Positions 26,006 through 36,959 of a stretch of DNA of 64,000 nt are shown here, in pieces. Made by a program: the position numbers and the translations under genes. Under the pieces are notes generated by a model. The model was given only the letters and a program-made list of their open reading frames with translations, made no database searches and had not been told where the DNA came from. The stretch is from Octopus sinensis (taxonomy: Eukaryota), in contig NC_043011.1 of assembly GCF_006345805.1 (NCBI RefSeq), forward strand, positions 17,496,464 through 17,560,463, read 5' to 3'. How positions within the stretch are numbered: the first letter of the stretch is position 1; each line of letters begins with the position of its first letter.

Positions 26006-26398
26006 TATCTTTCTTTATTGCCCATAAGGGGGTTAAACATAGAGGGGACAAACAAGTACAGACATAGGTATTAAGTCGATTACATCGACCCCAGTGCGTA
26101 ACTGGTACTTAATTTATCGATCCCGAAAGGATGAAAGGCAAAGTCGACCTCGGCGGAATTTGAACTCAGAAAGTAACGCTAGACGAAATACCTATTTCGT
26201 TACTACCCACAAGGGGTTAAACACAGAGAGGACAAACAAGGATAGACAAACGGCTTAAGTCGATTATATCGACTCCAGTGCGTAATTGGTACTTATTTAA
26301 TCGACCCCGTAAGGATGAAAAGCAAAGTCGACCTCGGCGGAATTTTAACTCAGAACGTAACGTCCGTCGTGCTAACGTTTCTGCGCGCTCACCGCCTT
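26006..26398 (-). mobile_element. Dimeric SINE family C inserted as a single unit
   Basis: Two head-to-tail family C monomers flanked by one 16-bp TSD, TCCCAACATCAATATA (25990-26005 and 26399-26414). Confidence 0.88.
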
Positions 26399-26788
26399 TC
26401 CCAACATCAATATAGTTATGCAGGAAATATTCATTGCAGTGAGTTAAAACACCAATATTCAAATAGCAAAGTAGAGTGTTCTATCTCGTGAAAAGTGAAG
26501 CAAATAAAAAAGAATAAAGTAAATCGTCTATGAAAGAAATTGTAGCAATAAATAAATGAACGCTTTACTTTTGCTTAAAAGAAGAAAGTGGCAAAAATCT
26601 CACTCGAATATTTTTGTTAAGAATTTTTATTATAGTGTTGTTGTAGAACATGTAAATAATACAATAATAAGAATAAAATATTCCTTTAAGATCTAAAGTT
26701 TTCCTCTTTTTTCATAGGTTGACAAATATGTCGTGTCGTTTTTGCTGATCTAGCAGTACGCTTGCATATGGTCTTACCACATTTTGTT

Positions 26789-26859
<71 letters not shown>

Positions 26860-27361
26860 ATGTATATGTGTGTGTTATGTTTTGTGTTTATCTAATTATC
26901 TTTGTGAATGTGTGAGAATATTTGTGCTGAGATTTCAGGTACAACTAAAAGATATTTAGCGAATAGGATAGTGCAAGGATAAAAGTATTTGTGCAGGAAA
27001 ATAACTGCTTACGGCAAAGGCATTAAATTAATATCCTAAGGTGGGCTTGGCTGTAATTCCACTCAGCAGAGTAAGCAAAATTTAGATGAAAGAAAATTGA
27101 ATTCATATAGAATGTCTCAAAAGGAGGTAAGATTAATTCAGAAGAAATTCGACAATTTCAAAATTTCTTTCCTGCTTGCTCAGTTTTTTGCCCTTTAGAA
27201 TATAAAAGATTCTGAATATCTTCTAATTTCATCTGAAATACTAATGTTATTTATCATGTTTATATTTTCTAAGAATTTTACCATTTTATAAATGCCTGCA
27301 ACACAAATGTGTGTTCATACACACACACACACGCACACATATGTACATAGGCACACACTCA

Positions 27362-27440
<79 letters not shown>

Positions 27441-27698
27441 TATGTATGTATAGACACACACATACAAACATATAAATATATATGTGTGTGTGTATATGTA
27501 TGTGTATATGTGTAAGTACACACATTGAACAAGCAGAATCAGTGCAGCATTCGATAAAATATTTTGTGTTGTTTATTCTGTGCTTTGGGTTCTAAATATG
27601 TTTGCATTTAATTTACCTCTGATTATTTCTAGGTGGATAAATAAAGTTGGTGAAATTTGTTCGAAGATCTTTTATTTTTCAATTGAAGAACTACTGCC

Positions 27699-28112
27699 CG
27701 ACCTTTTCGGTTTGAACGGCAATTTTTCTAGCGGTGTCATATAAAATTGTCACCCATAATTATAACCCTAGTATCGATCTATTGCATATCAATCTGTTTT
27801 AGAGTTAGGGTTAGGGGTGGGGGGAAGGGTTTCTTTTTTCTTCAGAAATGTAAATAAACCCAATCTGTTTCTTAAACGAGGGACATATTCATACAGCACT
27901 GAATGTTTTCACCGCAATAGACGTCACTGATTTGTTGAAATTGCAGAAATAGAAGAAAAAAAAAAGAAATATCTTACAAACTATAGAATTTTCTCAATAA
28001 AGCCAAGAGAAAAAGATGTTTTATAAACACATTCTACCAGTATACGAAGTTTAAAAGTGTTTAGTTACGTGCAAATTATTTTTGAAAAATGCCGTTCAAA
28101 CCGAAAAGATCC
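27699..28112. mobile_element. hAT-type MITE (414 bp)
   Basis: TIRs CGACCTTTTCGGTTTGAACGGCA / TGCCGTTCAAACCGAAAAGATCC; 8-bp TSD CTACTGCC at 27691-27698 and 28113-28120. Confidence 0.85.
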
Positions 28113-28519
28113 CTACTGCCTTTCACCTAAAATAAATGTGTCCCCAAAGATTAAACAAAGAATATTTTTGAGAATTTCTAAAGCACTTGTTATGTATTTC
28201 AGCTGACAACGTCCATTGCTAGCATTTAAGAACTCAATACCTGGCGTTTAAGAACTCAAAGGTCTTATCTGTAAGTGTGATTGTGTGTATATATTATTAT
28301 CCTCATTATCCTCTCTTTTCAATTTTGTTTCTATTTCTTGCCGAGTATCTTCCCGACACCTAGGGCAAAAAACACTCCGTATACATCGGTGGGCCATTAA
28401 AATAATGTTACGAGATTCTTAATTTACAAAGTCATGTGATAAAAAAAAGTGTAAGAAAGATAGAGAAAAAGGAAAGAAGGAAAAAAGAAAACTGAATAAA
28501 AGGAAATAGATAATTCACG

Positions 28520-28745
28520 GCTTATTTTGCTGGGTATGATGGAAAGTGTCAGCTGTCCACGGCCAGCAAGCCAAGGGGATACTTGTTTGCTGGTCATGCT
28601 TCAAGAACTCTGTGAAGAATTCTTGCAGTTCCAAACAATGCTGATTTTTGTTGGTGTTCTACCTTAACACTTCCAACAATCTTTTTCAGCCATGTTGGTA
28701 GTTGAGTGCTGATACTTCCAAGTGCATCGATTACTATTTCCCTGG
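28520..28745 (-). mobile_element. RLE-type non-LTR retrotransposon 3' end fragment
   Basis: Minus translation 'EIVIDALGSISTQLPTWLKKI...EHQQKSALFGTARILHRVLEA*', the typical C-terminus of RLE-bearing LINEs. Confidence 0.8.
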
Positions 28746-29689
28746 TAAACAAATAATGTGATTCTATATTCATTGTTAGGAATTAACTGTTTAAATATAA
28801 CAGGTGGGTGGTGAGAGTATTTATTAATATAGGTTGATTTTTGGGGGGCCTTATGGAAGGATCTATAAGAGTTAGGGATCTTTTCGGTTGCTGTCACAGA
28901 TTTTGTATTCTTTCAATTTTGTTTCAATTATTCTCAAAATTGTTTATATACCGATTAGCTTTATTTTTAATTATAACAATGAAATTCCTTTTCGTATTAA
29001 ATTAATAACAAATTGATGGGTTTTAAAGTTTGCAAATTTTGAGTTATTTCAATCAATCAGAAGCCACAAGTATACATACACATGACTACAAATTTAATGT
29101 TACTGTCTGCTTCCATAGTATTGACCAACGATGTAGTCTACCCGGTTTTTCATTATAACTAGAACGCAGTGCTTCCAAGACTGTAAGACTTTCATCACCA
29201 CAACCACCACCACAGGTTTTGACGAGCAATATCATTCTGTATCTGTGCTATCTCTGTCACTTGGTGACAGGCAGCTATCATGCAGAAAATACGGAGTTTC
29301 CAATTTTTGCTTTCTGATTGGACTAAAAAGGATCAAACTTTGAACCTCTGCATCATTTTTCTAAGTTTTTTCTGGGGATAAATGAATCGCGAATTGGGAT
29401 TCAGTGTGAAAAATTACATTAATTTTCAATTAACTTTAAAATTTCCAAATTGGTGACAGCAACCAAAAAGATCTGGAATGAGTTTTGAGATCTAAGGTAA
29501 CATCTAAAAAAACAAAGCTCGCTCCTTGGTAATTTCATGCTAATAGAAATTCTAAGTCCTCCCGAACTATAGCGGGAAAAAACTATTTTTCGAAAGGAAT
29601 CCTTATCGTTATCATCATAATTGTGTGACACTGCCAAAGCGACATCTCAGTATATACCAGTACTGCTGCCACGGGTTATATTATTATTA

Positions 29690-31660
29690 TGCTGTTTCGT
29701 CAGCTCAGCCAAAGGAACATGAGATTTGCCCAAAATATTTGGATTCAATTGTGCTATCTTTGTGGTGACGGATTTTCTTCATCATCTGTCTCAGCCGTTT
29801 GTTTTGGCTGACTTCCTGGGTCATCTGCCCTGGCCCCCTGGCGTGTCAAGAATACGGACACATGTTGCTCAACTGCCTCAATATTTTGCGATTAATTACA
29901 ATGCAAAGCGGTCTTTTATAGGGTACAAAAACGAAATTTTAGAAGACTAAATCACGTGATGGCTTGAGGCTCATTGGTTACTTAATAGATCAATCACGAG
30001 GAACAATTGTGGTTCAGTCGGGATGTCTGACCGAGTAACTAGTGATTTGGATTTGTGTCACCGCTACACTGTGATTTGGGAATTTTGAATTTAGATGGTT
30101 TAATATGTATGAACCAGTAATATGCCAATTAACGCGCTGTCATGCGAACTCATTAGAACCATGAACGTGTCACAACAGCTATTTTTAGGTTCAAAGAGAT
30201 CGGCCAATAAATAAGAGTGTTTTATATGCATGACTAATATGCATGACTAATGTTTATTTTTCATCAATGGTTACAAATTACAGTGCAAACTCTAGCTCAT
30301 TTTGCGGCAGAGATTCGGATGCATTCGAACCAAGATATCACCGAGAAGCTATTAGAACGTAGTAACTTGTTAGAAGATTACTTAATTTTATTATAAACAT
30401 CTCTTAAAATCTTTTTCCTTACTAAACCCGGCATCGTCTTAGCCGTTCTAATTAGTCTACATCAAAATCTATCGTTAAAGTCAGTGTAATGAAAGCTTTC
30501 AGTTTTATCTTAGTGAAACTCTCCGAGAAGGGCTTTAGTTTCTATGTTAACACAATCGTGTCTAGGCCTGACCTCTGGGATTTATCTGTGGTGCTCTTGA
30601 TTAGTAATTTAGAATGCGTAATGCGTAATGTACCTCGTATTGGTTGTTAATCTTATCCGTTAATATAAACTTATATGAGTTCTTAAATAATTGTTTATAT
30701 TTATCAAGCTCAGATTGGAACGAGTTAGAGTAAGTGTACTTACTAAATTTAATCATGGAAATATGATCTAGCAAGTCGAACTTGAAAGGGTAAAATCTTT
30801 GACTAATGGGGGAAAATTTTCGTAATTCAATATCGAAGTGTTCAGTGGTGTCCTTTTGGTAACACACCATCCAAAAGTAAAGTGCTCCACATAAGTGCTT
30901 AAAAATGTCATTGGTTTTTCCCCTAAGAGCATCCACATGTAAACATCATTAGGTTCTGTAAGAATATTCATGGCAGAATAATCCATGTAAAAACGATTTC
31001 TCTTAGAGTTGAATACTCCATGAGTTCTACCATTTTGTAAGAAGAATTTGCTCGATGATCAATCGGGTACAGCAGTATAAATCTGTGTGGTATGACGTTC
31101 AATAAGTTGTTTAGCACTTGATCAGTTAAGGGAGTAGAAATTTTATATATAAGAAACACACAATTGTTGTGAATTCCGGTTACCCAAAATTTCCTTGCTG
31201 AAATATCAAATGTATTTCTCCATTTTTCAATGTGATAAAACCAGCAAGATGGCTTTCTAACAGTGTGTTAGCCTGTGGTATGACAAGACTTGGTGGCAAT
31301 TTATATAGATATTTATTACTACAATTGTACCGGACTTCATGAAAAGCAGACGGCCTCTAATTATAATCAGATTTACAGGAGTTGAAATCTGAATCATTTA
31401 AACGGTCAGCATAAAAAACGCGCTGGCTGACGTATGTGGCCACGAAATCAGCTTTGGAGGAGAGTTTATCTAGGCCTCAAGCGAGGTAAATCCAAAACAT
31501 CTCTAAACTATCGCGCCGAATTCTTATGAAGCCGTCGGTACAGGAATTACACTTGTCTCTCTCTGCACACATGATAAGGGCTTGAATGACAAGATGTCGA
31601 ATACGCAATTGAAAATGAAATCTACTGCCATAAACGTTTTCCGAAATCTAGGATTGTATA
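29690..31660. pseudogene. Block of compact decayed ORFs of unknown origin (possible endogenous viral or Polinton-like relic)
   Basis: Repeat-free and intronless. Minus frame 31572-31180 has 130 codons with only 2 stops; further minus ORF pieces at 31159-30968, 30986-30768 and 30936-30601; plus-strand ORF pieces near 29726-30395. Confidence 0.4.
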
Positions 31661-32450
31661 GGTACGACTACCTTGATAAAAAAATTGAGCGATAACGGGA
31701 CATATTAACTGAACAGCAACTACAAACAGCTTCATTTTACAAATTTTTTTAATTTAGAAGATTAAAAGAAATGAATTTTATTTGAAAGCTTAAACTAGTC
31801 TGTAAGTGGACAATAATGTGAAGAAGAATATTAATATCGATTGAAATATATTTTTTCTCAAATACAACAGTTTTGAAGTGTGTCTAATTGGTTTGAATCT
31901 TTCTCTGGATAAGCGCTATCAATGTCAACTGTGTTACCGTGTTTATATGGTCATTTTACTACACTTGTCAAATGCAAAGTACATTATCTGACCGTTAATG
32001 GTGCTACAGCATAAACATTAGCCTGTAATTTGTTAATAACTAAAAAATATACTGCATATATTTTAAAAATTGTATATTTTACTATGTTACTTACATAAAA
32101 TATGAAAGTACTTCTAATACCAGAGAACATAATGTAAAATTGTCGAAAAGCAAAAATAAAACGTGAGTATTGGACTAAGTTCTAATTTGATAGGCTGATA
32201 TGAAAACATCAGAGTAGATATATATATTGATAAAAATGCTAAGACAACAACTTTTAGGCGGACGCATGTGGGTGTGCAGGCGCACCTGTGTTGGTATGAA
32301 CAGGTGCGCTTACGCGAATACTATGAACTATTTACCCCCTTACTTTACTCCCTTACCGGTCTTCGAATAGCTTTTTTGTCTTAATAACGGTCAATCACTC
32401 AGTAATTTCACTTTGTATAACGGTCGTTTTTCATAGCATTTTTCTGACCG

Positions 32451-32511
32451 GATAACTGAAGAGATAGCGGCGTTGTTTTCCACCTCGGCATCCGAAACTC
32501 GGAGTTTTATC
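32451..32511 (+). ncRNA. Type I hammerhead ribozyme motif (Penelope pLTR-like context)
   Basis: GATAA-CTGAAGA-[GATAGC...GCATCC, imperfect stem II]-GAAAC-tcgga-GTT|TTATC. 5-bp stem I, intact core, near-palindromic stem III ACTC(G)GAGT. Confidence 0.7.
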
Positions 32512-32571
32512 ATGGCTACTGAATAATTGTCACATATTACATTTACACACACACACACACACACACATATT

Positions 32572-32860
32572 CATATACTCTTCTCTCTTTTTACTTGTTT
32601 CAGTCATTTGACAGCGGCCATGCTGGAGCACCATCTTTAGTCCAAGAAATTAATGCCAGGACTTATTCTTCGTACGCTTGGTACATGTTCTATCTGTGAC
32701 ATTTGCGGAACCGTTAAATTTCGGGCACGTAAACGGTTATCAATCTATGGCGGGGAGACAAACACACACACGCACAATTATACAAATATAAATATATATA
32801 TATACGACAGGATTCTTTCAGTTTCCATGTACCAAAACAGCACACAAGGCTTGGGTCTTA
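32572..32860 (-). mobile_element. SINE family A fragment
   Basis: 'ttttacttgtttcagtcatttgacagcggccatgctggagcacc' through 'acaaggcttgggtc'. Confidence 0.8.
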
Positions 32861-32879
32861 GGAGAAGGTGGTTGTGTTT

Positions 32880-33950
32880 AGTCCGAAGGGGATAGTGTTT
32901 AGTCTGAGGGGATAGTTGTTCGTAGATTAAAGATATACCGCTGTTCCAGGTGGAGTCTTGAGTGTGGATCCATGGTGCAGAGTGAGGCCAAAGACGGAGA
33001 TTAGAGGAGGAATGGTTGGCCAAGCGGAAGTGACGAGCCACAGGGGTGTTCGAACGTAGCCGAACATCCATTAGATATTCGGTGAACCGGTCGGTCAGTC
33101 GGCGGCCCGTCTGACCTACATATAGTTTACCACAGAGGTTGCATCTAATCAGTATATGAGGCTAGAAGAGGTGTAAGAGAAGGAATTTATAATGCGAAGA
33201 GTTTGCTGATAAGAACCAGTGAGAGAAGTAGTGTTGGTGATGAAGGGGAAGGTTTTGCAGCAGCATCTGGAGCACGGGAAGGATCCGGGTGGGGCTGTGG
33301 GGAGAGAAGAAGGTGCTATGGACTAGAAGATCGCGTAGTTTCTGGACGCGTTTAAAGGAGGACAAGGGTGGGTTTGGAAAAATGGGGCACGCCGTGGGAT
33401 CGAGCTGGAGACTACGGAAGGCCCGTAGAATCTTCCGACGAAGCGGTAGAGTGGAGGTGTGGAAAAGGAGAGGAAAAGGTGTGCGGTTAGGGGGTTGGTG
33501 AGGAGAAGGAGACAGGGCGGTGGTGTGATCGATTCGACCAGCACGGGAAAGGGCATTTTGGACAAAGTTTGAGGGGTATCCTCGATGTCTGAACAGGCGG
33601 GCAAGGTACTGGGACTGGGTCTCAAAATCCTGGTCCCGGCTGCACAAGCGTCGGAGGCGGAGGAACCGGGACTAGGGGATAGTCCATTTGGTGTGGAAGG
33701 GATGGGAGGAGGAGAGGTTGAGGTAGAGGTGGGAATCTGTTGGTTTGAACATGGCGGAGGTGGTGAGAGAGTGGGAGGGGTGGTTAATGGTAAGAGAGAT
33801 ATCAAGGAAGTTAACAGAGGTGTTAGAGATAGTAGAAGTGAACTGGAGAGAAGGATTGAAGTTAGAAGGGAGTTAAGAGATGAAGTGGCAGAGTTGTTCA
33901 CGAGAGAGGAAGGTGGCACCTATACAGTCGTCTATCTAGCAACCGTATAG
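32880..33950 (-). mobile_element. Penelope-like element 3' half (RT thumb, linker, GIY-YIG), pseudogenised
   Basis: 'CSRDQDFETQSQYLARLFRHRGYPSNFVQNALSRA...ILRAFRSLQLDPT...FKRVQKLRDLLVHS' followed by '...DVRLRSNTPVARHF'. Confidence 0.88.
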
Positions 33951-34261
33951 CTCTGGGGAAAGTATGTATATACTGATTCATCAAAAGCGTAGTAGAGTAT
34001 TCTTTTATGCATACATTATACCTGAAAGGCTCTGATTACCCCTCCACTACTCAGATTCAGTCGTTTACGATCACCGGCTGGAAAACCGAGCCAGGTTTTC
34101 TTTTAAAATATTCAATGTGATATGAACTGAAAGTTTGAAAAAAACGCATATTCTTCTGTTTTTCTGCTGTATGTATAATGGTGATTGCCTTATGTTCTCA
34201 GACGATAGCCATATCGCATTCAGCTCGATTATTCTTATTCACTTTCATTTTTATATATGCA

Positions 34262-34811
34262 CAAGCAACCCCCCCCCAATCGTCCAATGGACGGTGCTGA
34301 ATCATATCTGCTGAATAAAATGCAATCACTGTTTTCTTTTCATTAAAAAATAATTAAGCATGCCTTTATTTCAATAAAAGTTTTGGTTTTATTAAACGAA
34401 GTTAAGGAAAAAAAACTTCTTGAGAAACCAAATAGTCTTTCCTTCCTCTATGCCAAGTTTGAAGAAAATATCTATTTTGCATCTTACGTTTTTGGTCTCT
34501 TACATATACTGCATTTTGTGGCATTATTTCAAGCCAGCCGGCTTTTTTGGCGCAAAATGCACGTGCACCTTTCTCACATACGCATAGTATCCATCGCAAC
34601 AGCTGATGTACGTGTGCGTACAAATGCACGTTCCCACAGCTTTATCGATTGCATTCTCACTTGGAATGGATTTTTGTAATTTTTTCAAGACTTATACACT
34701 CCCTGATACCGTCGGTATCTATATATCAAATGTCAGCGCAATCGGATGGAGGATGCCCGAGATCCTAGAAGACACACACACATACAGACAGAACGGATTT
34801 TATATAATAGA
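34262..34811 (-). mobile_element. Helitron-like non-autonomous element
   Basis: Minus strand starts A|TCTATTATATAAAA, ends CTTG|T, with hairpin CGTCCA-A-TGGACG (34281-34293) about 19 nt from the 3' end; no TSD; second copy at 62056. Confidence 0.75.
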
Positions 34812-35499
34812 TTTACATGACTTTCAAACGTCACCACGCATCAACCCTTACCTATTGTTGTTGTTTCACATCTTACATTCTTTCATATTCGCAGTTAATC
34901 CAGTGTGCTTCTATGATATATATACCGTCAATTTATCCTTAATGTTTTCCCAAAGTTTCTCAACTTCACTCGTATTGGGTGTTTAGTAGGACGCGAACTC
35001 GCATTGCCACATTGCGGATTTCAAGCCACGACCTTGCTATGGCTTGGTTATCCGTGCATCAAAGTTATTTTTCAATCAGAAGCTAGACATCGCGTGAAAG
35101 ACGATTTTGGAAGGCCTTAGAAACATTTCCCTACAAATCCTAGTTATAGAACCTTTTTCGACACCAAACACCTGTGTGTCCTTTGTCACGGCATGAAATA
35201 CCCTCTCTTTCGTAGTCGTTCTAACGACTGAATGCTTAACGGATATGCGATTGTAGTAGATGACATGAAACGGCGCATGTATATATATATTACTTGTGTT
35301 TAACCCATGTTACATTGAATTTGTTTCACTTTGCTGACTCTGCGTGCATATTTGTAATGTACGACCAACTTCATATGATTTACGCGGCGTTAATAGATCA
35401 TGTTTAACTGTATGCTTGGTGTTGTTAAATCATTACGTGCAGCTTCCGCAAACCAACCAACAACTCGTCCCTCCAACATCAATATAACACAAGCTACAG

Positions 35500-36550
35500 G
35501 TGAATCCTTTATTTCTGTTTGTTGTTTCCGTTTCTCAATATCATTTCTTTGCACTCGTTTATAAAATCTTACGTTTATGTTAATAGAATTTCCTTTTATT
35601 TATTTATCTTTTTGCATATATTCTAACCCGTTGTGCTTTGACTTCCATGCAGTGTTCATCTGTAATTTTATTTTATCGTTTAATGTTTCTTATTTTTCGA
35701 GTTTTGACTTTTATTTCCTTCGAAAGCTCATTAGCCATCAGTTATTCTCCTCTTAGAATATTTAATTTAGTTTTCTGTTTTGACCTACCACTTTGGTTAT
35801 TTGCTGACATATTTGTCCTTTCCTTTTCGTTGCTGAGAGCCTTTGCTATACACTATTCACTGTTACTGCAAGTTGTTAGATCAGTTTTTCTCAGCATTTC
35901 TTTCATTGCTGCTTTATACACTTTAATCTTCTATGCATTTTTTAGATTGTGTTGGAATTTCAGCAGCTGGTCTCAGTCGATTTTAATGTATAACATTATA
36001 ATCAATTCTCAAAAGATATCCACCTCGGCTGCTACGATTTCTTTTTTATATTCTTTTCGAAGTGTGGTGTCGTCTTCATTATCTGCTTTTCTGGAACCAC
36101 TTTTTCTCCTCTTCATTGCATTCGTAGCCGCGCATCTTATTTACTCATCTTATGTAATGTTACGACAGGTATTCTAGCATCCTTTTTTCCCGTTTTGTAA
36201 GAATTCATCATAAGCGTGGATGGGTTGAACCCTTATTCCATCCAGTCCAGCTGGTCAGAGTCTTTTCCTTCTCAGCATATTCCTACATGTCCTAGCATAC
36301 ACTAGATCATTGACATTCATATTTGGTCGCGTATACGCCAACTGTGTTTCTGTATTCGATGTATGTCTTTCAATGATATTATCTTGTGGTCTATTCAGTA
36401 CTGTGTAAAAAGCTTTCATTGCATATTTACATTTCTCTCGAGTTTAATTTTGCTTTGCATTTTGATTTCTGGTGGACTTTTGTTTTTTTGCTGAGAATGT
36501 TCCAACAGTTTTAGGATGGGGATTTCACGGCATTATTTAACATTTAGGCT
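35500..36550 (-). mobile_element. RLE-type (R4/Dong-like) LINE N-terminal ORF remnant
   Basis: Heavily decayed, K/E-rich minus translation, including a 'KAQRVRIY' segment resembling the KAQRIRRY motif found before the RT. Boundaries approximate. Confidence 0.55.
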
Positions 36551-36915
36551 ATAATTTTAGACGTTTGCTCCAGCAGTTTTTTCCCGGATCCTAGACACGA
36601 AATTTAGGATTCCAATTTATCCACACAAGAAGGAAAAATGTGCCTCTACACTAGACAGATTTGCTCAAAGAAGCTCTAAGACATCTGTCTTCCCTCTTTT
36701 AAGAAGGTTGCCCTGCGTTGGGTCACGCAGTACCTAATGACTTATAGGTAGAAGAGAAAAGATAAGAAAGATGGACTATTATTTGTAGCTCAGTATATAT
36801 ACAAGTTTGCTTGATGAGGACAAAAGAGGTTTGTCCATTTTGATTTAAGTTATCTCCCCCAGACACTAACTTTGCCTTTTTAGGCACAAATATTTCAAAA
36901 TAACAATAATAATGG

Positions 36916-36955
<40 letters not shown>

Positions 36956-36959
36956 AATA

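Noticed and set aside
27800-27830. TTAGGG telomere-like repeats
   Set aside because: Only two units, internal to the hAT-type MITE.
29050-29650. Possible Tc1 remnant (minus-strand NVIFHTESQF)
   Set aside because: A single weak motif with no TIRs or further catalytic motifs, too decayed to call.
31425-31452. CTGACGT...GTGGCCAC-GAAA motif
   Set aside because: A9 is absent, there is no stem I or cleavage triplet, and it is better explained as a GCTGA/TCAGC hairpin.
35638-36177. 179-aa plus-strand hydrophobic ORF
   Set aside because: It is the antisense of the A-rich decayed RLE LINE remnant.
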